Assembly: GCA_937889515.1 (NCBI GenBank)
Contig: CALAOV010000140.1
Location: forward strand, 1-58,336
Length of the DNA stretch: 58,336 nt
Source of the DNA: an uncultured Myxococcales bacterium
Lineage (GTDB): Bacteria; Myxococcota_A; Polyangia; Fen-1088
Reading direction: 5' to 3'
Shown here piece after piece: positions 1 to 9,208 of this stretch; position 1 is the stretch's first letter, and each line of letters opens with the position of its first letter. Under the pieces are notes generated by a model. It saw nothing but the letters and a program-made list of their open reading frames with translations. It did no database searches and was not told where the DNA came from. The translations under genes were made by a program, and so were the position numbers.

Positions 1-555
1 GCCAGCAGTCCCCGAGCCACCGCTGCCCGCAGTTCCCGAGCTGCCGCCGATTCCCGCAACTCCCGAGCTGCCTCCGCTTCCGGCAGTTCCGGATCCGCCG
101 TTGCCACTGCTGCCGCCGTGGCCTGCGACACCCGACATGCCGCCAACGCCGCCCGAGCCGACCATTCCACCGTCGGTGATCGGGACGCACGGCACCATCG
201 GCTGGATGATCAGATCAATCGGCCCGGTCGTCCCGCCAGCGCTCACGTTGGCCATGGCGGTGCCGGTTCCGACGATGCAATTGCCCTCGTCGACCTCCGC
301 CTTGAACATGATCACGCCGCTCATGTCGGACGGCAGGTAGACGCCGGCCTGAAAGGCCTTCTGGCCAAGCGCGACGTTGTCGAAGGCGGTTTTCTGATCG
401 TCGTTCGCGGTGATGATCAGCGCGGCGGCGGAAAACGTGGTGCTCCCACTAACCGTCACGTCCATGAGCACCAGCGATCGCCGACCGCACGACAGGATCG
501 GGACCACCAGGATCGCCGCACCCAATAAGATCTTTTGCCAGCTCTTCAGTTGCAT
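1..555 (-). CDS. Lipoprotein with Gly/Ser-rich linker (3' end runs off the window)
   Basis: Manual translation from ATG 555: MQLKSWQKILLGAAILVVPILSC (lipobox-like ILSC), a beta-rich domain, then GGSSGTAG-type repeats open to base 1. Start overlaps the stop of the upstream TPR gene. Confidence 0.75.
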   Translation of the reverse strand, partial: MQLKSWQKILLGAAILVVPILSCGRRSLVLMDVTVSGSTTFSAAALIITANDDQKTAFDNVALGQKAFQAGVYLPSDMSGVIMFKAEVDEGNCIVGTGTAMANVSAGGTTGPIDLIIQPMVPCVPITDGGMVGSGGVGGMSGVAGHGGSSGNGGSGTAGSGGSSGVAGIGGSSGTAGSGGSGTAG

Positions 556-1262
556 GTGAAACCCCCGGGACACGACGGATCGTGTTTGGCGGCCGCCGCG
601 ATGACTATCCCGCCGACGACCACCACGCCGACCGCCGTCCAAAACCACCACCTAGTGTAAAACGGATGCGACTCTGTTTGGGAGGGGGCAGCACCGTTTT
701 CGCCGATCGGGGCGAGGTCGGCAGAGGTGGACGAAGTAGGGGGAGGTGCGTTCAGCGCCAGCGACGACGTCATCGTCGGGGTCGCCGCCGGGCTGGGGAA
801 GGCGGGCGGCGGCGATGACGCGGCCGGCGGCGGCGAGGGCGGAGCCGGTGGCGCGGGGAGCGACCCCGAAGACGGCGGCGACACCGGTGGTGGCGGCTCG
901 ACCGCCGACCCGTGGGTCGAGGCATCTTCCAGATCTTTGATGTGCTTTTCGGCCACCGCGCGGTTGGGGGCGTTCGGTGCGTCCCTCAAGAAGCGGCGAT
1001 AGAATTTGATCGCTTCGGCGTTCTGGCCCATCAACCGGTGACACTGGGCGATGTTGTAGAGAAAGCTCGGATCGGCCTTGGCCAGGTAGGCCTGCTCGTA
1101 CTCGCCGATCGCGTTCCCGTACTTTTCAAGCTTGTAGTAGGCGTCGCCCTGGGACGAATGCTCGCGCGCCGACTCCGTGCGGGGATCGGCGGCGCCCGCC
1201 GAACGGCCGGCCGACAGCAACGCCGCCAAGAGCACGACGCTCGCCCCGGTTAGCCTTCGCAC
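546..1262 (-). CDS. Secreted TPR protein with Pro-rich linker and C-terminal TM anchor
   Basis: Signal peptide; TPR helices (GDAYYKLEKYGNAIGEYEQAY...FLYNIAQCHRLMG); Pro-rich linker; PFYTRWWFWTAVGVVVVGG tail. Confidence 0.85.
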   Translation of the reverse strand: MRRLTGASVVLLAALLSAGRSAGAADPRTESAREHSSQGDAYYKLEKYGNAIGEYEQAYLAKADPSFLYNIAQCHRLMGQNAEAIKFYRRFLRDAPNAPNRAVAEKHIKDLEDASTHGSAVEPPPPVSPPSSGSLPAPPAPPSPPPAASSPPPAFPSPAATPTMTSSLALNAPPPTSSTSADLAPIGENGAAPSQTESHPFYTRWWFWTAVGVVVVGGIVIAAAAKHDPSCPGGFTCN

Positions 1263-1322
1263 CAGCCGAATCTAAAGACCGCCCGGGCCGGAAGTCAACG
1301 TTTGCCCCCGACGCAGCGTGCG

Positions 1323-1400
1323 AATCCGCGGGGGCGCGCGCCCACCCAATCCGTGGGGCCGCGCCGCCCAATCCGCGGGGCGCGCGGGCGCCCGGATCCG
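1323..1400. repeat. Degenerate ~22-25 nt direct repeats with core AATCCGYGGGG in a divergent intergenic region
   Basis: AATCCGCGGGG at 1323, AATCCGTGGGG at 1348, AATCCGCGGGG at 1370, partial GATCCG at 1395. Confidence 0.55.
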
Positions 1401-1466
1401 CACCGCCCGCAGGTCCAACCCGTCCCGCCTTTCGCCCCCGCGTCGCATCTGGGATAGTTCGCCGCC

Positions 1467-2750
1467 ATGCCGTCACTCGATCTCGATTCCTACCCCTTGA
1501 GCCGTCTGGCCGACGAGGTGGGAACGCCCTTCTATCTCTACGACGGCGCCGAGCTCGGCCGGCGCCTCGGCGATCTCACGACCCTCACCGCGGGCGGCGC
1601 GCTGCAGGCGCGCTACGCGATGAAGGCGAACTCCAGCGGCAAGGTGCTGGCGCGCGTGCGCGAAGCCGGCCTCTGGATCGACGCCGTGAGCGGCAACGAG
1701 GTCCTGCGAGCCCGCCGGGCCGGTTTCGCGATGGGTGCCCGCCCGCCGGTGGTCCTGCTCACCGCGGACGTGCTGCGCGACAACGCGCTCACCGTGATCC
1801 TCGAGCACGGCGTGTTGCCGAACATCGGCTCGCCCGGCATGATCGACGAGCTGCACGGGGCCGGCTACGCCGGACCGATCGCGGTGCGGGTGAATCCCGG
1901 CTTCGGGCACGGCCACGTCCAGTCGTGCGACACGGGCGGCCCGTCCTCGAAGCATGGCGTCTGGCACGAATCGCTGGATCGCCTGCATGCACGCGCGACG
2001 GCGGCCAAGCTGCCGATCACGGAGCTGCACGCGCACATCGGGACCGGTCCGCAGATCCGGGAGTTCGACGAGAATCTGCGGCATCTGGTGGCTCTGCTCG
2101 CCACGCGCCTGCCCGAGTTCCGGGAGGTCGAGGCGGTGAACCTGGGCGGCGGCGTGCCACACGCCTACCGCCCCGGCGCCGAGCGGTACGACCTGGCCGG
2201 TTTCAGGCGTCTGCTGCTGGAGGCGGCCGCGACGCTGGCCCAGGCGGCCGGGCGACCGATCCGCGTCGAGATCGAGCCCGGACGCTACGCGGTCGCGGCC
2301 GCGGGCCTCTTGGTCTGCCGCGTGAAGGACATCAAGGAGACCGAGGCCAATGCCAAGGGCTCCGGCCATCGCTTCATCATGGTGGACGCCGGTTTCAACG
2401 ATCTGGTGCGGCCCGCGATGTACGGCGCCTACCACCACATCTCGGTCGTGGGCCGCGGCTCGGCGCGCCCGCCCGAACCGTTCGTGGTGGCGGGACCGCT
2501 ATGCGAGAGCGGCGACGTCTTCACCCGAGACGACAAAGAGCTGCTCGACCCGCGCGAGCTCCCCCGTCCGGACCCGGGCGATCTCCTGGTGCTCCACGAC
2601 GCCGGCGCGTACGGCGCGGCGATGAGCTCGAACTACGTGTCCCTGGGCCGCGCGCCGCAGATCTTCTGGGAGGACGGCCACGCCACCCTGATCGCGCGCC
2701 GAGAAACCATCGACGACGTCATGCGCGCCGAGTGCGACGAAAGGCTTTAG
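1467..2750 (+). CDS. lysA: Diaminopimelate decarboxylase
   Basis: YAMKAN PLP lysine, HAHIG, NLGGG, IEPGR, GPLCESGD, DAGAYGAAMSSNY; GFGHGH...TGGPSSKHG loop as in E. coli-type LysA. Confidence 0.95.
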   Translation: MPSLDLDSYPLSRLADEVGTPFYLYDGAELGRRLGDLTTLTAGGALQARYAMKANSSGKVLARVREAGLWIDAVSGNEVLRARRAGFAMGARPPVVLLTADVLRDNALTVILEHGVLPNIGSPGMIDELHGAGYAGPIAVRVNPGFGHGHVQSCDTGGPSSKHGVWHESLDRLHARATAAKLPITELHAHIGTGPQIREFDENLRHLVALLATRLPEFREVEAVNLGGGVPHAYRPGAERYDLAGFRRLLLEAAATLAQAAGRPIRVEIEPGRYAVAAAGLLVCRVKDIKETEANAKGSGHRFIMVDAGFNDLVRPAMYGAYHHISVVGRGSARPPEPFVVAGPLCESGDVFTRDDKELLDPRELPRPDPGDLLVLHDAGAYGAAMSSNYVSLGRAPQIFWEDGHATLIARRETIDDVMRAECDERL

Positions 2751-3913
2751 CCGCTGGGCGGCTGAGCGAAGTCGCTGACGGCGCCAAGCGCGTAGCGAAT
2801 TGCGGGGTCGATGGTTTCGATGGGTAGGCCGCGCCAGAAGACGTGCCAGCCGGGAAAGCGGGCCAGGCCGTCGCACTGCTTGGCGTACCAGGCGGTGATC
2901 ACGTTCTCGGGGCGGGAGCGCCAGAAGAAGGCCGGGTAGTCGCGCGTCACCAGCGACCAGATCTCGCCGCCGATTCCCTCGCCCTGGGCCTGGCGCTCGA
3001 CCGCGAATTTGGTGAGATACGGCGCGACCGGCGTCTGCTCGATGACGGCGGCGCCGCGGTAGCTCTCCTCGACGAAGGTTCGCAAGACCGGACGCGCAAA
3101 GAAATCCTCGCTGAGGGTGCGGCCGAAGGCCGAGGCGAACAGCGCCCGCAGCCGCGCTCGATCGACGCCGTCCCAGCCCCCGCGGGTCTCGATGCGCGAG
3201 CCCTTGCGGATCAGGGTCCCGGCGCCGTTGACCGTGAACAGCTCGCGCAACAGCGCCAGCGGGTTGACGACGGCGACGCTCAGCCGCTGCGGAACGCGCT
3301 CGAGGAGCTGCTTGACCTGCCGGAGCAGCAAGGCCTGGCCGCGCGACAGGACGCCCGGCGCCAGCAGCCGATCGGTGTCGGTCGCCAGGCTGACCACCGA
3401 AGGCGGCGTGCCGCCACCGCCGACCACCAGCCCGGCGCGCCGGCTCAAGAACACCACCTTGCGCGTCTCGAGCGCGGCGGCCAGCGTCGCGAGAAGGCGG
3501 AAGCGGGCGTCGATGGTCTGCGCCGCGCAGGCCTCGAGGGAGACCAGCGGTATCGCGCCCCGCCCGACCACGGCCTGAATCGCCCCGGTGGTCTCGGGAC
3601 CGAGGGCGGCGTCCGCCCGAATGACCTCGCAGGGCACGCCATCCTCGACCAGCCACGCGGCGACCCGCGCCGCTTGGGTGTCGGCGTCCTTCGGTTCGAG
3701 CAGGCCCAGCAACACGACCGGCAGCAGGCCCAGGTCGGCCAGGATCCGGAGATCGAAGTGCACCGGGTCGAGGGCGCTCTTCACGATCTGCGCGTTGAGC
3801 GCCAGGATCGCGAAGCTCTCCTTGCGCTGCGCGCGGAAGAGGCGGAGATAAAGGTCGATGTCGGCCTTGGCGCCGACGCTCTCCAGGAAGCGCTGGACGA
3901 TCTCCGGTTCCAT
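2747..3913 (-). CDS. N-acetylglutamate synthase of NAGS/K type (degenerate AAK domain plus C-terminal NAT/DUF619 domain)
   Basis: C-terminal YLTKFAVERQAQGEGIG, FFWRSRPEN, CDG, WHVFW; RELFTVNGAGTLI linker; coupled to argE by a TGATG overlap. Confidence 0.8.
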   Translation of the reverse strand: MEPEIVQRFLESVGAKADIDLYLRLFRAQRKESFAILALNAQIVKSALDPVHFDLRILADLGLLPVVLLGLLEPKDADTQAARVAAWLVEDGVPCEVIRADAALGPETTGAIQAVVGRGAIPLVSLEACAAQTIDARFRLLATLAAALETRKVVFLSRRAGLVVGGGGTPPSVVSLATDTDRLLAPGVLSRGQALLLRQVKQLLERVPQRLSVAVVNPLALLRELFTVNGAGTLIRKGSRIETRGGWDGVDRARLRALFASAFGRTLSEDFFARPVLRTFVEESYRGAAVIEQTPVAPYLTKFAVERQAQGEGIGGEIWSLVTRDYPAFFWRSRPENVITAWYAKQCDGLARFPGWHVFWRGLPIETIDPAIRYALGAVSDFAQPPSG

Positions 3914-4995
3914 CAGCGAAGCACTGCCGCGAAAACCGTGTGGGCGGCTTCGAGGTCGGCGATCGTGACGAACTCGTCGGCGGCGTGGGCCTGCGCGACG
4001 TCGCCCGGACCGAAGACGACCGCGTCGATTCCGCGCTCCGCGAAACGCGCCGCCTCCGTCCAGAATCCCAAGTCGACGGGCGCCTCCAGGCGGGCGCCAA
4101 AGAGGGGCGCGAAGGCCGGAATGTCGCGGGTGGCGAAGGGTGGGCTCGAGGTGACCACTTGCCAGTCGATCTGGTGCGGCGCGGCGGCGGCCCGGACCCG
4201 CCGCTCGGCCTCGGCGAAGAGCTCGTCGACGCCGGCGCCGAGCGCCCCCGGCGCCGGACGCAGCGAGAACGACAGCGTCGCGCGGGTCGGCACGACATTG
4301 AAGGCGATCCCGCCATCGAGCGCCGCGACGTTGAGATGGATGCCCTCGAACCCGGCAGGCCCCTTCCCCTTGTGGGCGGCGCCCATCTCGTCGAGGGAGA
4401 CCGCGGCGCGCGCGAGCACGGCCACCGGGTTCACCAGCTGGTCGACCAGCGACGAGTGTCCGCCCGGCCCCTCCAGAGTCGCCGTCGCCGCCCCGATGCC
4501 GCGATGCCGGATCCCGACCCGACAGCCGGTCGGTTCGCAGACGAGGGCCCGCTCGAGGCCGCGCGCCGCTTCGCTGTCGAGAAACGCACGAATGCAGCTA
4601 CCGCCGCGCTCCTCGTCTCCCGAGAAGAGGATGCCGACCGAACGTTTCACCGGCCCGACCGCCAGCGCTTCGAGCACCCCGGCGATCGCCCCCTTGATGT
4701 CGGAAGTGCCGAGGCCGTGCAGGCGATCGCCCCGGCGAACCAGCAGGTGCGGCGGCGAGGTGTAGCCGCTGTTCGCGGGCACGGTGTCCAGGTGCGCGTT
4801 GATGACCAGCCGCGGGTCTTCTCTTCCGAAGCGGGCGTAGACGTAGGCGTGGTCGCCGACCTCGACCTCTTCGACGGTGCGGGCCCCCAGCGCCGCCAGC
4901 TCGACGGCCAAGCGATGGACCAGTGGCCGTTCTTCACCTTCGGGGTTCCGGGTATCGAAAGAAACCAGCTCCGCCAGTCGATCCACGAGCGCCAT
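3913..4995 (-). CDS. argE: Acetylornithine/acetylcitrulline deacetylase (M20 family)
   Basis: HLDTVP, GTSDIKG, GDEE, CEPT, GHSS, FGPG..AQAHAADE; start taken at ATG 4995 (MALVDRLAELVSFDT). Confidence 0.85.
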   Translation of the reverse strand: MALVDRLAELVSFDTRNPEGEERPLVHRLAVELAALGARTVEEVEVGDHAYVYARFGREDPRLVINAHLDTVPANSGYTSPPHLLVRRGDRLHGLGTSDIKGAIAGVLEALAVGPVKRSVGILFSGDEERGGSCIRAFLDSEAARGLERALVCEPTGCRVGIRHRGIGAATATLEGPGGHSSLVDQLVNPVAVLARAAVSLDEMGAAHKGKGPAGFEGIHLNVAALDGGIAFNVVPTRATLSFSLRPAPGALGAGVDELFAEAERRVRAAAAPHQIDWQVVTSSPPFATRDIPAFAPLFGARLEAPVDLGFWTEAARFAERGIDAVVFGPGDVAQAHAADEFVTIADLEAAHTVFAAVLR

Positions 4996-5023
4996 CGCCG
5001 CGGTTATACAATGTCCCGCCTCC

Positions 5024-7567
5024 GTGTTGACCTCCGCCGCAGTTCTTGCGCTCGTTCTGGCCGAATCGGCCGCTGTGGCGCCGCCGGTCGTCCAGCTCAT
5101 GCCGCCGCGCCCGCATCTCATCGCCACCCGCACCGCGACGCCCCCCAAGATCGACGGCCGCCTCGACGACGTGGCCTGGCGTGCGGCCGTCCCCACCGAC
5201 GCCTTCACCCAGCACTACCCCGACGAAGGGGCGGCCCCCAGCGAGCAAACCGAGGTCCGGGTCCTCTACGACGACCACAACCTCTACGTGGGCGTCGATT
5301 GCAGCCAGCTCCATTCGCCCGTCATCAAGCGGCTGCAACGGCGCGACGGCTTCCTGCCCTCGGACGGCGTCTGGATCGACATCGACAGCCGGCGCGACGG
5401 CGTGAGCGCCTATCACTTCTCGATCAACGCCGCCGGCGCGCTGCTGGACGGCATCCACTACAACGACACCGCCTTCACCGCCGACTGGGACGCCATCTGG
5501 GAGGCCAAGGTCGCCGACACCGACCACGGCTACAGCGTCGAGTTCCGCATCCCGCTCTCCAGCCTCCGCTTCACCTTGCCGGTCAAGGACTGGGGATTTC
5601 AGGTCAGCCGCGCCGTCGACGCGCGCCAGGAGACCGACGACTGGGCGTTCTACCCGCGCCGCGCCGCCAACTTCGTCCCCTACTTCGGCCGACTCGACAA
5701 CCTGACCGACCTGCCGGCGCCGCGCCGGCTCGAGCTGCGCCCGTTCGTGGTCGGGCGCCTGGAGAACCGCGCCGCCGACGCCGACACCGGCGCGCTCGAG
5801 CACGGCGTGCTGGGCGGCGCCTCGGCCGGCCTCGACGCCAAGGCGCACCTGACCAACCAGTTGACGCTCGACCTGACCTTGAATCCCGACTTCGGCCAGG
5901 TCGACGCCGACACCGTCATCTTGAACCTCTCGACGTTCGAGACCTTCTTCCCCGAAAAACGTCCCTTCTTCCTGGAGGGGCTGGAGGTCTTCGCGACGCT
6001 CCGCCCGATCCTCTACACCCGGCGCATCGGCGGGCAGCCGGTGGTGCCGACGCTCGCCGCCGGCGAATCGTTGGTGGCGGAGCCCGATCCCTCCCGGATC
6101 TACAGCGCCGCCAAGCTGTCCGGAACGATCGGGACGCGCACCACGGTGGGTGTCATCTCGGCGCTGACCGGGCAGAACGACGTCGAGGTGCAGTCGGCGA
6201 ACGGGAGCCGGCTGCAGCGGGTCGTCGATCCGTTGACCCTGTTCAACGTCCTGCGCGTCAAGCAGCCGGTCGCGAACAACGCGGACATCGGGCTCCTCGT
6301 GACGGCGACCAACCGTTTCGAGACCGCGATCGCTCCGGGAGATCGCTGCCCGGTAACCCAGCTGCCGCCCGGCCCCGACGGCCGCTGCACCAACGACGCG
6401 TACGTCGCCAGCCTGGACGGGCGTTGGCGATCGGCGTCGGGTGACTACGCCGCCGCCTGGCAGGGGATCGGCAGCGCCCTGGCCCGCGGCCCGGCGCGCG
6501 GCGAGCCGGACGGCATCCCGATCGAGCCCGGGCACCTGGATGGCGGGGCGGCCCTCTACGTCGGCAAGGAGGGCGGGGCGCACTGGCTCTGGAGCGAATG
6601 GCAGTACCTCTCGGGCCGGCAGCTCGAGTTCAACGACCTCGGCTACCTCGAACGCAAGGACGACTATCAGAGCTACTTCAATCTCAGCTACCGCACCCTC
6701 CAACCGTGGCGCGGAACCCAGGAGACGAGAACCAGCGTTCAGCTGAACCTGCGAGAGACGCTCGATGGCATCAACCTGTGGAACGAGATGATCGTCAACA
6801 CCTGGATCTCGCTGCGGAGCTTCTGGTCGATCTATTTCGAGGTACACGGCCGGGGGCCCTACTACGACGACCGCGAGATGGGCGACGGGTCGGCGCTGCA
6901 GCGCTCGGCCAACCTCGGCGCCTACGCGTCGGTGTCGACCGACCCGCGCCGCCGCGTCACCGGGTCAATCGCGAGCGATTTCGATCGCCGCCACGGCGGC
7001 TATCACCTCGATTGCTCGACGACGATCACGCTGCGCCTGCTGCCCCAGCTCGAGCTCAGCCTGATCCCGACCGCCAGCTACGACACGGGCGCCCCGCGCT
7101 ATGTCGGGATCGATCCGACGCCGGTCGTCATCGGCTCACCGCCCGACTACCGCTTCGGCGCCCAGACGGCCGCCAGCCTGGGGGCGACGGTGCGTGCGTC
7201 GTACACCTTCACGCCCGAGCTGTCGTTGCAGTTCTACACGCAGCTCTTCCTGGCCAGCGTGCACTACGGACCGTTCTTCGTCTTCCCCAAGGCCGCCTTC
7301 CGGGAAAAGGTCGACCTGTCGGAGCTGATTCCGGCCGGCGCGCCCCCGAGCAACCCCGACAGCGAGCAGGCCACGCTCAACGTCAACCTGGTGCTGCGCT
7401 GGGAATACCACCTCGGTTCGACGCTGTTTCTCGTCTACACGCGCGCACAGACGCCCGCCCTCACGGTTTCGCCCACGGGTGCCGCCAGCTTCGATCTCGC
7501 CCCCGTCTGGCAAGGTCATGCCGCCGACGATGTCGTCATGCTCAAGCTCGCCTACTGGTTCGGCTGA
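5024..7567 (+). CDS. Secreted CBM9-like/DUF5916 domain protein (putative outer-membrane carbohydrate-binding protein)
   Basis: PKIDGRLDDVAW, TEVRVLYD, GYSVEFRIP, LNPDFGQVDAD, FFPEKRPFFLEG, YTRRIG, C-terminal KLAYWFG; GTG start 5024 inferred from the signal peptide. Confidence 0.85.
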   Translation: MLTSAAVLALVLAESAAVAPPVVQLMPPRPHLIATRTATPPKIDGRLDDVAWRAAVPTDAFTQHYPDEGAAPSEQTEVRVLYDDHNLYVGVDCSQLHSPVIKRLQRRDGFLPSDGVWIDIDSRRDGVSAYHFSINAAGALLDGIHYNDTAFTADWDAIWEAKVADTDHGYSVEFRIPLSSLRFTLPVKDWGFQVSRAVDARQETDDWAFYPRRAANFVPYFGRLDNLTDLPAPRRLELRPFVVGRLENRAADADTGALEHGVLGGASAGLDAKAHLTNQLTLDLTLNPDFGQVDADTVILNLSTFETFFPEKRPFFLEGLEVFATLRPILYTRRIGGQPVVPTLAAGESLVAEPDPSRIYSAAKLSGTIGTRTTVGVISALTGQNDVEVQSANGSRLQRVVDPLTLFNVLRVKQPVANNADIGLLVTATNRFETAIAPGDRCPVTQLPPGPDGRCTNDAYVASLDGRWRSASGDYAAAWQGIGSALARGPARGEPDGIPIEPGHLDGGAALYVGKEGGAHWLWSEWQYLSGRQLEFNDLGYLERKDDYQSYFNLSYRTLQPWRGTQETRTSVQLNLRETLDGINLWNEMIVNTWISLRSFWSIYFEVHGRGPYYDDREMGDGSALQRSANLGAYASVSTDPRRRVTGSIASDFDRRHGGYHLDCSTTITLRLLPQLELSLIPTASYDTGAPRYVGIDPTPVVIGSPPDYRFGAQTAASLGATVRASYTFTPELSLQFYTQLFLASVHYGPFFVFPKAAFREKVDLSELIPAGAPPSNPDSEQATLNVNLVLRWEYHLGSTLFLVYTRAQTPALTVSPTGAASFDLAPVWQGHAADDVVMLKLAYWFG

Positions 7568-7568
7568 G

Positions 7569-7594
7569 CGCGGGAGGGGCGGGCCCCTCCCGCG
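7569..7594. terminator. GC-rich hairpin right after the DUF5916 stop codon (no U-tract)
   Basis: CGCGGGAGGGG / CCCCTCCCGCG perfect inverted repeat. Confidence 0.5.
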
Positions 7595-7806
7595 GGCCCA
7601 CCCCCGACGAGAGCCGGGGCCGGATCTGCTCGACGGGTGTTTTCTCCGGTGGGCAAAGCCCACCTCCGATTCAGGATGAGATCAGGGCACGACGTATTGA
7701 CGTATTTGCGGGGTGTCACAGCGTAAACGCCTCACGGAAGGGCGCGGGGATGACGCCGGCTGTTGCGCGGGCGCGGCGCGAGCGGGGTTGCGAGTTGCCC
7801 GGGGGT

Positions 7807-7822
7807 TGGCATCGCGGGTGCA
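7807..7822 (+). promoter_or_regulatory. Putative sigma54 (-24/-12) promoter
   Basis: TGGCATCGCGGGTGCA = GG-N10-GC, close to consensus TGGCAC-N5-TTGCA; about 50 nt upstream of GGAGG + ATG 7874. Confidence 0.65.
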
Positions 7823-7873
7823 ATCACCTGGGATGTGGTCGAACGAGGCCACACCAACCCGGAGGATGACCCC

Positions 7874-8128
7874 ATGATTCGCAATACACTGTTCGGACTC
7901 TCCCTGCTCGCTCTCACGACCGGCTCGGCTTTCGCGACGCCCGTCAAACACACCGGCAGCAAGCCGCGCGTCGTCGCGGAAGCGAAGACGGCACCGGCGG
8001 GCGACAGCGCCGCGGCGACCGACAAGCCGGCCAAGAAGGCCAAGAAGAGCACCAAGAAGGCCAAAGGCGATGACGCCGCCAAGACCGAGGGTGGCAAAGA
8101 GATGAAGGCCGCCCCGGAGGCCAAGTAA
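7874..8128 (+). CDS. Small secreted Lys/Ala-rich disordered protein (Asr-like composition)
   Basis: GGAGG RBS; signal peptide MIRNTLFGLSLLALTTGSAFA; KKAKKSTKKAK; typical codon usage. Confidence 0.8.
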   Translation: MIRNTLFGLSLLALTTGSAFATPVKHTGSKPRVVAEAKTAPAGDSAAATDKPAKKAKKSTKKAKGDDAAKTEGGKEMKAAPEAK

Positions 8129-8141
8129 TCGCTTCAGCCCA

Positions 8142-9173
8142 TCACGGACCCGGGGCCGCCGCCGCAAGGTGACGGCCTCGGGCCGTTTTGCGCCAGAGCT
8201 TCCAGGCGAGGACCGCCAGCGCCAGTCCCCAGGCGATCCAGATCAGGCTGCCCCAGTAGGTGAAGGTGAGGTGTCGCGCGCTTCGCGGCGTCAGCGCCGA
8301 TGGGAGGCCATGGCGCCGGTAGAGCGCCAGCACATCCATCAGGATGGCGACCGTCCCGTGGACCAGGAAGCCGGCGTAGATGCTGCGCGTGCGCATCGCC
8401 AGCGAACCGAGGACCACACCCGCGACGACGGCGGCGCACGCTTCCAGGTAGGGCTTGCCGTAGTGGATCATGCAGTAGGGCACCACCATCGACCAGATCG
8501 CGCCCGCGCCGAACGTCCGCATCGCGCGCAGCCAGAAGCCGCGGAAGAAGATCTCGAGCGCGAAGAACTGACCGATGTAGATCAGCTCCCACACGGCGAA
8601 GTCGACCCAAGACCGTCCGGCCAGCTTGTACATCGGGTAGTAGTCGGCGAAGTCGGGCTGGCGACTGACGATCAGGAGCACCGGTACCATCACGGCCACG
8701 CAGAGTGCGTAGATCCAGGCGTGCGCCAGGAAACCGCGCGTTCGCAGGCCGAAGTCCGCCAGCCGATCGCGCCGAAAGAACAGCGGCCAGACCGCCAGGG
8801 GCGCAAGATAGCCCCCGATGCGCGTGACGCCCCACCAGATCCGCACGTAGAGCTCGTCGTAGAGATCGGGGTTCACCAGGCCACCGGGATGTGCGTGGGC
8901 GCGGCGGACCAGCAGCGGACGCAGCACGCGATCGTAGAAATCGGGACGGCCGTAGTACTCCTGGATCGTCAAGACCAGCGCCACCAGCGTCAGCGCGACG
9001 AAGGGGCGGGTGTCGATCTGGTCGCGCGCGGCCAGATCGCGCCGCAGAGTGAGGGCTTCGGCGTCGAGCTGGCGCCAGGTGTCCCGGAAGAACAGCCACA
9101 CCAGCGGCGCGATCATCGCCAGCAGCGGAAGCGGGATCGCCCACTTGACCGCGGGGTACTGGAGCCATTGCAT
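8142..9173 (-). CDS. CPBP/CAAX intramembrane metalloprotease
   Basis: ALEIFFRG, YCMIHYGKP, GFLVHG motifs; multi-TM; start could be 9173 or 9197. Confidence 0.85.
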   Translation of the reverse strand: MQWLQYPAVKWAIPLPLLAMIAPLVWLFFRDTWRQLDAEALTLRRDLAARDQIDTRPFVALTLVALVLTIQEYYGRPDFYDRVLRPLLVRRAHAHPGGLVNPDLYDELYVRIWWGVTRIGGYLAPLAVWPLFFRRDRLADFGLRTRGFLAHAWIYALCVAVMVPVLLIVSRQPDFADYYPMYKLAGRSWVDFAVWELIYIGQFFALEIFFRGFWLRAMRTFGAGAIWSMVVPYCMIHYGKPYLEACAAVVAGVVLGSLAMRTRSIYAGFLVHGTVAILMDVLALYRRHGLPSALTPRSARHLTFTYWGSLIWIAWGLALAVLAWKLWRKTARGRHLAAAAPGP

Positions 9174-9208
9174 GTGGAGGAAGCCGGAAACAATCATATA
9201 TTGCGCGC

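Noticed and set aside
7648-7664. GGTGGGCAAAGCCCACC palindrome as a c-di-GMP-I riboswitch or REP element
   Set aside because: Only the GCAAAGCC fragment matches. I could not build the other riboswitch stems and saw no second copy in the window.
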